From an uncultured Acidimicrobiia bacterium (lineage in GTDB: Bacteria > Actinomycetota > Acidimicrobiia > Spongiisociales > UBA5794), in the NCBI GenBank assembly GCA_963792405.1, contig CAWBVU010000005.1, positions 355,668 through 419,667 on the forward strand: a stretch of 64,000 nt of DNA, given 5' to 3'. The number at the start of each line of letters is the position of its first letter. Position 1 is the stretch's first letter. Made by a program: the position numbers and the translations under genes. Of the stretch, positions 30,501 to 41,056 are shown piece by piece. The notes under the pieces are model-generated. The model saw only the letters and a program-made list of their open reading frames with translations, was not told the origin of the DNA and did no database searches.

Positions 30501-32262
30501 TTGGCGTACAGCCTGGCGTACAGCCCGTCGGCGCGCCATCAGATTCGCGTGAGTGCCCTCCTCGACGATCCTCCCGTCGTCGATCACGACCAGCCGGTCG
30601 GCGTCGATCACCGTGGACAGCCGGTGGGCGATCACGAGCGTGGTGCGCCCCTCCATGAGCCGGGCCAGGGCCTCCTGGACGAGCGCCTCGGACTCGTTGT
30701 CGAGGGAACTCGTCGCTTCGTCGAGGATGAGGATGCGAGGGTCGGCGAGCAGTGCCCGTGCGATGGCCACCCGCTGTCGCTGGCCACCCGACAGCTTCAC
30801 GCCTCGCTCTCCCACCACCGTGTCGTACCCGTCGGGGAACTCGACGATGAACTGGTCGGCGTTGGCCGCCTTCGCCGCCGTGACGAGGTCCTCGTCCGAT
30901 GCGTCGGGTTTGGCGATGCGGAGGTTCTCCGCGATCGTGCCGGAGAACAGCTGGATCTCCTGGGGGACGGCCGCCATACGGCTGCGGAGGTCCTCGATGT
31001 CGTACGACCGGACATCCAACCCGTCCACCTCGACCACTCCCGAGTCGACGTCGTAGAACCGTGGGATCAGCTGCACGATGGTCGACTTCCCCGCACCCGA
31101 GGGCCCGACGAGCGCCACGACCTCGCCCGGGGAGACGGCGAGGTCGATACCGTGGAGCACCGTGGTGTCCCTCGAGGCATAGGAGAAGGTCACATCGTCG
31201 AAGCGGAACGCTCCTTCGGCGGGACGGGTGGCGCCACCCTTCGAGCCCTCACCCACCTCCGGCGGGGTACGCAGCAGCTCGAAGATCCGATCGGACGCCC
31301 CGAGTGCCTCCTGGATCTCCGAGTAGAGGCTCGCGAACGACCCGATCGCCCCCGCGACCGTGAGGGTGTACAGGAGGAAGGCCACGAGGGCACCAGCGCT
31401 GATCGACCCGGACGCGACGAGGCGCCCCCCTGCCCACAGCACGACGGCGAGCGTCGAGAAGGCCACAAACGTGATCCCGGGGACGAAGAGGGCCCGCATC
31501 CGGGCCCGCCGATACGCGAGCCGGTACGACGACACGACCTCGGCGTCGTAGTCAGAGCTGAGCCTCGACTCCGCAGAGAACCACTTCACCACACGGGCCG
31601 ACGCGATCGACTCGTCTGCGAGCGAGTTGGCCACCGCGAGCTGGTCGTGATAGGCAGTCGACAGCTTCCTCAGCCTCCTCCCGAAGAAGATGGCGCCGGC
31701 CATGATGACCGGGACGAAGGTGAGCACGCTCAACGACAGGAGCGGGCTGATGAGGACGAGCAGGACCACACCGCCGACGAGGGTGATCGCCTGGGACAGG
31801 GCCGTTCCGACGGCGTCCGACACGACCGACTGGACGACCGCCGCGTCGGAGGTGAGGCGTGACGTGATGTCGCCGGTGCGCTTCCCGTCGAAGAACGGCA
31901 CCGGGAGCCGCACGATGCGGTCGAACAGCGCTTTGCGGATGTCGGTGACGACACCCTCGCCCACCACGGACAGGTTGAACGACCGGATGTAGTTGAACAC
32001 CGCCTGGACGGCGAACACGCCGAGCAGCCCGATGGCGTACAGGTTGAGCTGCGACGTGTCCTCGGCAGCGTCGCTGCCGAGGGCGGAGTCGACGAGGCTG
32101 CCCATGACGGCAGGGAACACCAGACCGAGCCCCGCCGCGACGACGACCGACGGCCGTGCCGATGACGAGGCGCCACCGGTACGGCCGGACGAAGGCGAAC
32201 ATCTGGCGCAGATGCGTCCATTGCTCGCTCAGCGATGCCCTTGGTGTCGCGTCGTCGTCCAT
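30459..32262 (-). CDS. ABC exporter, fused permease/ATPase; frameshift near TM1 (~32140)
   Basis: N-terminus MDDDATPRASLSEQWTHLRQMFAFVRPYRWRLVIGTAV reads one frame off the main body (ORF 30459..32120). Six TM helices. Walker A GPSGAGKST, signature LSGGQRQR and Walker B ILILDEATS. Confidence 0.7.
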
Positions 32263-32308
32263 GGCCACGATGGTAGGGCTCCGATTCCCGACCACACCGG
32301 CTGGCACG

Positions 32309-32773
32309 TCATGCCGGATCGGCGGCGGTCACCTCGCGCAGGAACCCGTGGAGGTCCGAGTCGCCGAGGTCGCCTGCACCGTCGCGGTGGCGCACGATCG
32401 CCGCGAAGGCGAGGAAGAGGACGATCCCGATCACCACGCCGATCACGTTGAGGATCACGTCGTTGATGTCCGCAGTGCGGGGGGCGGCGGGCACGACCTG
32501 GAGAAGGAGCAGCTGGAGGCACTCGACGGCGAGGAACAGTCCTGCCCCGTATGCGAGGACACGCCACGGTGAGGGTCGCCTGATCACGAAGAAGGCCAGG
32601 AACCCGAACGGCACGCCGAGGAACACGTTCGGGATCGCCTGCTCCCGGTTGATCGGCGGCCCGTCGAGGAAGTTCCGGAACGGCACCAGGTTGAACCTCG
32701 TCGCGTTCGCCGGAGCCGACCCGTCGATCGGGATGGGGAACATCGTCGCCTGCACCACGAGCACCAGGTACAC
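32309..32773 (-). CDS. VanZ-family membrane protein
   Basis: NLVPFRN...VFLGVPFGFLAFF...AVECLQLLL...DINDVILNVIGVVIG. The VanZ assignment is from recall of the family pattern. Confidence 0.6.
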   Translation of the reverse strand: MYLVLVVQATMFPIPIDGSAPANATRFNLVPFRNFLDGPPINREQAIPNVFLGVPFGFLAFFVIRRPSPWRVLAYGAGLFLAVECLQLLLLQVVPAAPRTADINDVILNVIGVVIGIVLFLAFAAIVRHRDGAGDLGDSDLHGFLREVTAADPA

Positions 32774-32919
32774 GGCGAACAGCGCGGTGAAGACCGCCCG
32801 AACCCTGCGCTCAGGCCGTGCGCCGCATGTCCACGGCGAGCCACACCGCCACCCCGGCGATCGCCACCAATGAGAACACCTGCCCCCGAATCATCCCCCC
32901 AGCCTGCCACATCCCTGTT

Positions 32920-33380
32920 TCCTTCTCCCCCTCCAAGTCGGTGCTCGCTCCGCTCGCTCCCCCTATCCCGTTCTGATCGGTGCTCGCTCCGCTCGCTCAT
33001 CCCTCTCAGTCCCCTCTTCCTTCTCCCCCTTTGGGGGAGATGCCCGAAGGGCAGAGGGGGGAGCCGCGATGCGGCGCTTCGTCCTCTCTGCGTGCTCCCC
33101 CTTCGGGGGAGAGACGAAGCAGGGAACCCTCTCTGCGTCGCTTCGCTCCGCGTCTCTCCCGCGGGGAGAGACGAAGCAGGGAGCCCTCTCTGCGTCGCTT
33201 CGCTCCGCGTCTCTCCCGCGGGGAGAGACGAATCGGTGCTCGCTTCGCTCGCTCATCCCTCTCTCTTCCCTGCGGGGGAGAAGCCCCAGCTCCACTTCCC
33301 TCTCCCCTTTGGGGGAGATGCCCGAAGGGCAGAGGGGGGAGCCGCGACGCGGGAGACACCCTCCGAGCGACGGCCGCTCG
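32920..33380. repeat. Composite hairpin repeat cluster E (inverted orientation)
   Basis: Reverse complements of H2 (cttccttctccccctttgggggagatgcccgaagggcagagggggg) and H1 (gtctctcccgcggggagagac). Confidence 0.85.
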
Positions 33381-33403
33381 CGCACGGCGCCTACGCTCGA
33401 GCC

Positions 33404-34273
33404 ATGACACGACCCACCTTCCTGATCACCGGAGCGACCGGGTTCCTCGGGCGGCGGGTCGTCCCGCGTGCGCTGACCGAAGGCCGCGTCCTCGCCGCCA
33501 CGAGCCGTCCCGAGGCCGCCGTCACGGGCGGCGAGAAGGTGGTCCTCGACGTCACCGACCGCAACGCCACCCTCGGCACCGTCGAACGCGTCGCACCCGA
33601 CGTGATCCTCCACCTCGCCGCGATCAACCCCGGGCAGGGCGACGACGAGACGATGCGGCGTGTGAACGTCGACGGGTCACGTCACGTCGCGGAGGCCGCC
33701 GCTGCCAGCGGGAGCACGCCTGGTGGCCGTGTCCACCGACGTCCTCCACGACGGCACCGCAGGCCCCTACCCGGACGATGCGACGCCAACGCCCCTCGAC
33801 ATCTACGGTCGCTCGAAGGCAGAAGGAGAAGCCGCCGTCCTCGATGGACTGCCATCGGCGCTCGTGGTGCGCACCTCACTCATGTACGCGGTCGACGAGA
33901 TGGACCGCGGCACCGCAGGCTTCGCCCGTCGCCTCGCTGCAGGTGAGCCGCTTCGCCTCTTCACCGACGTGTGGCGCAACCCCGTCTGGGTCGAGACCCT
34001 CGCCGACGCCCTCGTCCGTCTCGCCGCCACCGAGGCGTCCGGCATCCTCAACGTCGCGGGCGCCGAGGCCATGACCAGGGAGACCTACGCCCTCGCGCTG
34101 CTCGACTACTGGGGTATCGACGACCTGGGCCGCTACGAGCCCGTCCGTGCCGCAGACGTCTCCGACCACGATCCCCCTCGACGTCCGCCTCGACTCCACC
34201 CGGCGCCGAAGCCCTCCTCGGGATGACCTTCCCCGGCGTCACCGAGGTCCTCGCCTCCCACCCTCGCTCGTGA
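33404..34273 (+). CDS. NAD(P)-dependent reductase, dTDP-4-dehydrorhamnose reductase (RmlD)-like SDR; about 3 frameshifts
   Basis: MTRPTFLITGATGFLG. After an extra G near 33712 the STD..YGRSK catalytic block (ARLVAVSTDVLHDG...YGRSKAEGE) reads in the +1 frame. The C-terminus (IPLDVRLDST, then AEALLGMTFPG) again changes frame near 34175 and 34200. Confidence 0.55.
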
Positions 34274-34330
34274 CGCGGAGGAGGGGAACGGACGACCGTT
34301 CCCCTCCCACTCGTTCGCTGGTTCGTCCGA

Positions 34331-35155
34331 CTAGCCCATGAAGTCGTAGATGAAGTCCAGCACGTTCTGACGGTCGAGGCGGAAGACGCCTCCGGTCCCG
34401 GCACAGTTCCCGTTGATCCCGAACGACGTCACACCCGCGACGACCTGCGAATCGCCGAGGAAGTTGGGTCCGCCCGAATCGCCGAAGCACGTCCCGCCGG
34501 TCGAGGCGTTGTTCGACAGGAGGAGCGAGAAGTCGCCGACGTAGCCCGTGTTGATCTGGTCGAGCTTCGGATAGGCGATGTACCGAACACGCTCGGACTC
34601 CACGAAGACCGGGTTGATGAGCTGGAGCCCATATCCGACGGCGGTGAAGTACGTGTCGGCCTGTCCCCGCTTCGTGGCGAGCGCATCGAGCTGGTCCACC
34701 TTCGGCAGCTTCCCGTAGCTGGCGCCCCTGGGCAGCTTCACGGGCTTCTGCAACTCGATCATCCCCACGTCGTGCAGGTAGAAGGCGGCCGACGTGTACA
34801 GCGGGTGGGTTGCCCACCGCTTCGCCTCGACGCTGTTCTTGCCTCCGCCGTAGGGGTAGTTGTTGTCGCCGTTTTCCACGTCGGACTCGGTGAAGATGCG
34901 CATGCCGCTGAACTCACCGGGTTCACCCGTGCAGTGTCCGGCCGTCAGCACGATGGTCGGTGACACGAGGGTCCCCGAGCAACGGTAGGCGGGCTCGCCT
35001 GCTTCCTCCATGAGGATGAGCACCACCTCCGGGTGTCGGTCACCCGCCGGTTCCCCGTCGGTGATCGCCCCTGCCGGCACGGCGACCGTGATCGCCATCA
35101 CCAGCGCTCCGAGCAGGATCGCAAGTCTCTTCATACGTCGCTCCTCAGTTGGCAT
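34331..35155 (-). CDS. Secreted trypsin-like S1 serine protease
   Basis: Signal peptide, then TAGHC (His), D and GDSGGP (Ser) catalytic triad motifs. Confidence 0.8.
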   Translation of the reverse strand: MPTEERRMKRLAILLGALVMAITVAVPAGAITDGEPAGDRHPEVVLILMEEAGEPAYRCSGTLVSPTIVLTAGHCTGEPGEFSGMRIFTESDVENGDNNYPYGGGKNSVEAKRWATHPLYTSAAFYLHDVGMIELQKPVKLPRGASYGKLPKVDQLDALATKRGQADTYFTAVGYGLQLINPVFVESERVRYIAYPKLDQINTGYVGDFSLLLSNNASTGGTCFGDSGGPNFLGDSQVVAGVTSFGINGNCAGTGGVFRLDRQNVLDFIYDFMG

Positions 35156-35214
35156 GTGCCCAGGGGTCCTCCGTGGGCCACGCCACGCTACCGACTACGC
35201 AGCGCATATGCATC

Positions 35215-35712
35215 GTGACACGAACGCCAATGGGCCGGCTCCCCTCTGCCCTCCGGGCACCTCCCCAAAGGGGAGAGGGAAGCAGAGGTACGGGCACCTC
35301 CCCCAGAAGCAAGGATGAGCGAGCGCAGCGAGCCCAATGCTGTCTCTCCCCGCGGGAGAGACGCGGAGCGAAGCGACGCAGAGAGGGCCGCACCCTCGCA
35401 GACGCGGAGCGAAGCGACGCAGAGAGGGCCGCAGTACCGACGACCTCTGGAAGGACGCCTCCCGCACCCCACTCCCCCCTCTGCCCTCCGGGCATCTCCC
35501 CCAAAGGGGAGAAGGAAGCAAGGTGCGGGCACCTCCCGCGAGGAAGGATGAGCGAGCGCAGCGAGCCCAATGCTGTCTCTCCCCGCGGGAGAGACGCGGA
35601 GCGAAGCGACGCAGAGAGGGCCGCACCCTCGCAGACGCGGAGCGAAGCGACGCAGAGAGGGCCGCACCCTCGCAGACGCGGAGCGAAGCGACGCAGAGAG
35701 GGCCGCGGTGCT
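35215..35712. repeat. Composite hairpin repeat cluster F (its 3' end forms the left edge of the duplicated lasso cassette)
   Basis: H2-linker-H1-H1 modules repeated twice. The last 72 bp are also found at the duplication junction (40969-41040). Confidence 0.85.
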
Positions 35713-35729
35713 CCCGCTACGCTGATCGT

Positions 35730-36871
35730 ATGGCTGCTCCCCATCCGCTGTTGGCGCCGTTGATCGCAGGGGAACCCGTGCCGGACGACGCGGTGATCAC
35801 CCTCGACGTGGTGCGATCGGCTGAGGAGCACGGGGTCTCCGCGCTGCTCGACGACGTCCTCACACGGGGCGACTTCGACATCTCACCTCCGCAGGTGAAG
35901 CAGCGCCTCGCCATGCGAGCCCTCGAAGCCGCCGCGGAGAACCATGCCGCACTGATCGCGGTCGGAGAGGTGCTCGACGTCGCCGGTGCGCTCGGCATCG
36001 AGGTCGCCATCGCGAAGGGTGTGGCCGTGGGGTCCCGGTGCTACCCGAACCCCGACCTTCGGCCCACGATCGACGTGGACGTGTTCGCCGACCCCGGGTC
36101 CCTCGACCGCCTCGGCGACCTCGCCCTCGCCCTCGGGGCGTCTGCGCTCGACAAGATGGCGATCGACGCCATGGTCGCCGAAGGCCGCGTCTTCGAGGTG
36201 ACCCTGCCCACCAGCGGCGCCGACGTCGACCTGCACCGTGACCCGATGAACATGGTGCTGCCGTCGACCCGTGAACGGGACCGCTGGGACCGCACGACGA
36301 TGGTCGCCCTCCCGGACGGGACGAAGGTGCGGACCCTGGACCTCGAGGACACGGTGATCCTCGCCCTGCTGCACCTGTTCCGGGACAACTTCGCGATGCT
36401 GCTCCACGTCAACGACGTCCGCCTGATGATCGAGGCGGGCCCCGACTGGGACGAGGTCGAACGACGGGCGGCCGACGACGGCTGGACCGACATCGTCCGC
36501 TACGCCGCCTGGTTCGCCTCCGACACCTTCGGCATGCCGTCGCCCCTCCCCACCGCCATCGCACGGTGGCGCAAGGCGATCATCGACGCCGTCTGGCCCC
36601 GCTCACTGCTGCTGCAGGGGGCCGACAGCGTGGTGCGCAGCCAGCGCCGCCAGTCCGCCCTCTCGCTCCTCACCGTCCGGCCGCACCGAGCGCCCTCGCC
36701 TCCGCCTACGCCAGGCGGCTCTTCCCGTCCCGGACCGTGATCGACCAGCGCGGCGGCGCCTCCGACCTCTCGTACCCCGTGGCCCTCGCCGACTGGCGCC
36801 TCCGGCAGCGGCGGGAGAACCGGGCGATGATCGACGACGGCGGGGACCCGACACCGGAGCCGCCCCTGTGA
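35730..36871 (+). CDS. Nucleotidyltransferase-family protein (NTP_transf_5-like, lasso-cluster associated), copy 1; frameshift near 36680
   Basis: MAAPHPLLAPLIAGEPVPDDAVITLDV... is co-linear with the intact 379-aa copy 2. The C-terminus reads in the frame of ORF 36566..36871. Confidence 0.6.
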
Positions 36872-37122
36872 GGCGATCCGACCACGCCATGGCCCGCGAG
36901 CTCGACGGCGAGATCATCATCCTCGACGTGCCGTCGGGCCGGTACTTCGGGATCAACGACGTGGGCGCCGTGGTGTGGGGGCTGCTCGACGGGACCCACG
37001 ACCGTGACGCCATCGTCGATGCGGTGACCGCCGAGTTCGACGTCGATCGGGACACCGCCGCGGCCGACCTCGATGCGCTCCTCGACCAGCTCGTCGACGC
37101 CGGCCTCGTGGTGGACCCGTGA
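36868..37122 (+). CDS. PqqD-family protein (lasso B1 leader-recognition element), copy 1
   Basis: 84 aa: ELDGEIIILDVPSGRYFGINDVGAVVWGLLDG...IVDAVTAEFDVD. Confidence 0.75.
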   Translation: MRRSDHAMARELDGEIIILDVPSGRYFGINDVGAVVWGLLDGTHDRDAIVDAVTAEFDVDRDTAAADLDALLDQLVDAGLVVDP

Positions 37123-37536
37123 CCCAGGGGTCGTCCACCGTCGGCAGGATCCTCGTGGCACGAGCAGGTGTCCTGCTGACCCGGGTCGCCCTGCGCACCG
37201 CGGGCTTCGCCGCCACCATCCGAGCCCTGTCCGCGCTGCCACGGGTCCTGCACGCCACGACACAGCTCCCGACCCACGATGGGCAGGAGAGATCGCCACG
37301 GCGGACACCGCCAGGCTCGGAGGGACGTGCCTCGACCGGTCCGTGGCCCTGTGGTTCACCATGCGCCAGCACGGCCTCGACGGCGACCTGCGCATCGGCG
37401 TGGCGAGGAACGGTGACACCCTCGACGCCCACGCCTGGGTCGAGTACCAGCGGCGCGGTCCTCAACGACACCGCCGACGTCGCGCGACCGGTTCGCGGTA
37501 TTCGACGACGACCCGACGGACCTGGTGTTCACGTGA
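37119..37536 (+). CDS. Lasso peptidase B2 (transglutaminase-like Cys protease), copy 1, about 3 frameshifts
   Basis: Co-linear with intact copy 2. The catalytic block GTCLDRSVALWFTMRQHGLDGDLRIGVARNGDTLDAHAWVEY reads in the frame of ORF 37073. The stop TGA overlaps the GTG start of the kinase. Confidence 0.55.
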
Positions 37537-38264
37537 CGGCGGCGGCCACCATCGGCGGGGTCCGCTTCGTCATGGACACGCTCCTGATCGGGACGGGGGA
37601 CACCGGGTTCTCCGACCTCGAGCTCGAGGCCCGCTGGTTCGAGGGCGACGCTCCCGATGCGACGATGCTGGCGGCCCCCATGGGCCTCCACCTGTGGATC
37701 GACCACGAGGCCGGCGTCGTGCACCTCCCGGTCCTCGACGACGAGGTGGAGATGCGGGGCTGGCAGCTGCGCCAGGTGGCCCCGACCGTCGCCGCCTTCT
37801 ACGACCGGCTCACCCTCCACGCGTCCGCCGTGTCCGTCGATGGCCGTGTGCTGGCGTTCGTGGCGGGGTCGGGCACCGGCAAGACGACGCTCGCCTGGGC
37901 CCTCGTCAAGGCCGGCGCCGCGGCGATCAGCGACGACCTCCTCCCCATCCGGTTCGACGACCGCCCCGTCGTCCCGACGGACACCGATCGGCTTCCCGTC
38001 GCGGCGCTGTGCTTCCTCGACCGCCACGGCGGCGACCTCGCCGAGTCCACCCTCGAACCCGCGCTCGCCATGCGACGGCACATCGCCAACGGCTTCGGGG
38101 AGCACGGCGAGCCGAGGGTGTGGGGCTTCCAGTTCGACGCCTACCACCGCCTCGTCACCGAGGTCCCCCACGTCGACCTGGTGGTCCCCGACGACCGCGA
38201 GCAGGTGGCATCCGTCGCCGAGCGACTCATCGACCTCGTCCGCACCGGCGGGCTGGGCGGCTGA
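37533..38264 (+). CDS. HPr kinase/phosphorylase-like kinase (lasso tailoring kinase candidate), copy 1
   Basis: 243 aa with P-loop FVAGSGTGKTTLAWALVKAG. Lies inside ORF 37119..38264. Confidence 0.7.
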   Translation: MTAAATIGGVRFVMDTLLIGTGDTGFSDLELEARWFEGDAPDATMLAAPMGLHLWIDHEAGVVHLPVLDDEVEMRGWQLRQVAPTVAAFYDRLTLHASAVSVDGRVLAFVAGSGTGKTTLAWALVKAGAAAISDDLLPIRFDDRPVVPTDTDRLPVAALCFLDRHGGDLAESTLEPALAMRRHIANGFGEHGEPRVWGFQFDAYHRLVTEVPHVDLVVPDDREQVASVAERLIDLVRTGGLGG

Positions 38265-40029
38265 TGGGCGGCCTCGCCGTCGCCGTCGACTGGTCGGAGC
38301 GGCCCGAACCCTCGGCCTTCGCCCCGATGGTGGAGGCGATGGGACACCGCGGCCGTGCAGGCATCCGGACCGCAGATGCGGGTGCGGCGCTGCTGGCGGA
38401 GGCCCGGCTCCCAAGGGACGGGACGGAGGGCTGGCGCATCGCCACCGCAGGCCCGCTCACCCTCGTCGGTGACCTGCGCCTGTGGCACCTCGATGCCCTC
38501 CGCTCGCTGGCAGGGATCGACGACGCCGACCCCCGGATGCTGGCGCTCCACGCCTGGGCGGCCCACGGCGCAGCCATGATGGACGCCGTCGACGGCGACT
38601 TCGCCTTCGCCATCTGGGACGCCGACACCTCCACCCTCTTCGCCGCCAGGGACCGCTTCGGCGCCAAGCCGCTGTGGATCCAACAGACACCCGGCGGCAT
38701 CCGGCTCGCCTCCGGGACCGGCCAGCTCGTCGCCGCGACCGATCCCCGGCCGGGCCCCGACCCGGTGACGGTCGAGCGGTTCCTCCGCGACGAGGTCGCC
38801 TACGACGACCGCTCGTTCCACGAGGGGATCCGCCGCCTCATGCCCGCCCACCACCTCGTCGCCACCGCCGACGGTGTCACCACGACCCGGTATTGGAATC
38901 CCTCGGAGATCCCCGAACGGCCCGCCACCGACGTGCCCGCCACGTTCCGCCGCCTCGTCGTCGACGCCGTGGCGGACCGCCTCGCCGGTTCCATGCGCAC
39001 CGTCAGCGACCTCTCCGGGGGGCTCGACAGCTCATCGATCACCGCCGCCGCCCACGACCTCGTCCCCGATCGCCTCGACGCCGGGCGGTTCGTCACCGTG
39101 TCGGCGATCGTCCCCGGCACGGAGACCGACGAGTCACCATGGATCGCCGCGACGGTCGCGACCCAGCCGTTCGCCCACCGCGACCACACGGTGGGCATCG
39201 GGGACATCGACGACTACGCCGACGACATGGCCACCACCGGCATGCCCGTCGCCCACCACATCCGGGACCTCGCGGTACGCACCGCGGCGATCGCCGTAGA
39301 GGAGGGCGCCGACCTCGTCCTCACCGGCAACGGCGGTGACGAGGTCGCCGACGACCGGTGGATCCTCAGACACCTCCTGCGCACGGGACGGCTGTGGCCA
39401 TGGGGCCGCACCGTCGCCTCGATGGGCGCCCAGTCGCCGTACGCGGCGCGCTGTGGGCGGCCTCCTCGGTCGGCCAGGCGCTCCCACCCCGTGTCCGTCG
39501 GGCGATCCGCGGACAGTGGCGCCGCACGGACACCGAGGGCGCCGACGACAGCCACATGCCTCCCGGTGCCGGCATGCCCCACGACATCGCGTCACGCCTG
39601 CACACCGGACGGGGCCTCCTGGTGCTCGAGTGGCTCGAGGCCATGTACGCCGCCTCCGGCATCGAGGTGTCCCACCCGTACCTCGACCGCAGGATCGTCG
39701 AGTTCGTCGCCTCCCTCCCCGCAACGGCGATACCGGTGGGCATGGCGAACAAGGCGCTCATCAGGGGCGCGTTCCGGGGTGCCCTCCCCGACACGGTGGT
39801 CGACCGGACCGAGAAGGTGACCGGCAACGAGCACATCGACCGGGTCGTCGCGACCCAGGGACCGGCCTTCCTCGAGCGGTTCCCCGACGTGCCGGACCGG
39901 GCAGCCCCGTTCATCGATCCCGACCGGTATCGGGACGAGGTCGCCCGCTTCCACGCCGACGACGCCGATGCGGCAGGCGATCTGTGGCCCGCATGGTCCG
40001 TCATGCTCTGGCTCGACGGCGCACCCTGA
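38264..40029 (+). CDS. Asparagine-synthetase-like lasso cyclase (C protein), copy 1; frameshift near 39445
   Basis: MGGLAVAVDWSERP... Glutamine-amidotransferase-like N-terminal domain (DGDFAFAIWD, RDRFGAKPLW). PP-loop SGGLDSS. Co-linear with copy 2. Confidence 0.7.
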
Positions 40030-40077
40030 GTCGCCCCACCTCAAGATCCATGGGAAATCGGCCGATGTCGGTACGGT

Positions 40078-40248
40078 ATGCAGGGCATGAAGGCCTACCG
40101 AACGCCCGTTCTGGTGGAACTGGGCACGATGTCGCATGTCACTCGCAAGAGTGGCAGGAAGCGTGACATCCAGACCCTCGCCGCCGCACCCAAGACGGTG
40201 CCGCCCATCTGCGACATCATGCCCTGGCTCCCGCCCTGCAACCCCTAG
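40078..40248 (+). CDS. Candidate lasso-peptide precursor (56 aa), copy 1
   Basis: MQGMKAYRTPVLVELGTMSHVTRKSGRKRDIQTLAAAPKTVPPICDIMPWLPPCNP. The leader matches the conserved Y-x-x-P-x-L-x3-G-x5-T motif (YRTPVLVELGTMSHVT). Sits in a 240-bp gap between C and the methyltransferase. Absent from the ORF track (<60 aa). Confidence 0.5.
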   Translation: MQGMKAYRTPVLVELGTMSHVTRKSGRKRDIQTLAAAPKTVPPICDIMPWLPPCNP

Positions 40249-40272
40249 GCGACCTGCCTCCCTGACCCCGAT

Positions 40273-41052
40273 GTGACGACTCGCCCTATCGTGCGGGCCA
40301 TGGCGCACCCGATCACGACCGAGACGTCCGACACCGCCAGCCGCCTGGTCCGCTGGGAGCTCGCCTCGAGCCGCGCCAGCCAGGCACTCCTCGCAGGGGC
40401 ATGGGGCGCCCACGCAGGGATGTGGCTCGGGCTGATGGGCGACGCCGACCTCGCCGCCGCCACCGACGCCTTCTACCGCACCACCCCCAGGTGGCGCAAC
40501 GACGACTTCGTCCGCAGCGGGCTCGCCCCATGGGAGGCCGCCGCCGTCGAGGCCTGGTTCCCACCCTCTGGCCGTGTCCTCGTCCCGTCGGCGGGCGCAG
40601 CCCGGGAGATGCTCCCCCTCGCCGCGATGGGCTACGACGTCGTGGGCTTCGACCCGTCCCCTCCGCTCGTCGACTTCGGGAACCACGTGCTCACGGCGAC
40701 GGGCACTGCGGGGACGCTGCTGCACAGCCGGGCGAGCGACGTCCCCGAGGGCCTGGAGGGGCCGTTCGATGCGGTCCACTTCGGCTGGGGAGGGATCAGC
40801 CACGTCCGCTGGCGAGGGACCCGTGTCGCCATGCTGCGGTCGGTCCGCGCCCTGTGCGCCGACGGCGCCCCGATGCTGATCTCGTTCCTCACCCGGCCGC
40901 CGGACTCCCGCCGCTTCCACGTGGCCCGTTCCGTCGCCTCCGCCGTGGGTCGCCTCCGAGGCGACCGCGCGAAGCGACGCAGAGAGGGCCGCACCCTCGC
41001 AGACGCGGAGCGAAGCGACGCAGAGAGGGCCGCGGTGCTCCCGCTACGCTGA
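40273..41052 (+). CDS. Class I SAM-dependent methyltransferase, copy 1 (3' end replaced by junction/repeat sequence)
   Basis: Identical to copy 2 up to ...VGRLRGDR (~40968). It then reads into the 72-bp repeat fragment (AKRRREGRTLADAERSD...). Confidence 0.6.
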   Translation: MTTRPIVRAMAHPITTETSDTASRLVRWELASSRASQALLAGAWGAHAGMWLGLMGDADLAAATDAFYRTTPRWRNDDFVRSGLAPWEAAAVEAWFPPSGRVLVPSAGAAREMLPLAAMGYDVVGFDPSPPLVDFGNHVLTATGTAGTLLHSRASDVPEGLEGPFDAVHFGWGGISHVRWRGTRVAMLRSVRALCADGAPMLISFLTRPPDSRRFHVARSVASAVGRLRGDRAKRRREGRTLADAERSDAERAAVLPLR

Positions 41053-41056
41053 TCGT

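Noticed and set aside
18555-35712. CRISPR array hypothesis for the clustered repeats
   Set aside because: The units are composite and of variable length (about 50 and 65 bp modules plus linkers). The sequences between repeats are themselves repeated rather than unique. There are no cas genes, and the orientation flips between clusters.
37073-39820. 915-aa ORF 37073..39820 as a single giant gene
   Set aside because: It is an artefact of frameshifts. It stitches out-of-frame pieces of B2, the antisense-like frame of the kinase, and most of the C protein. The copy-2 gene structure resolves it into separate B2, K and C genes.
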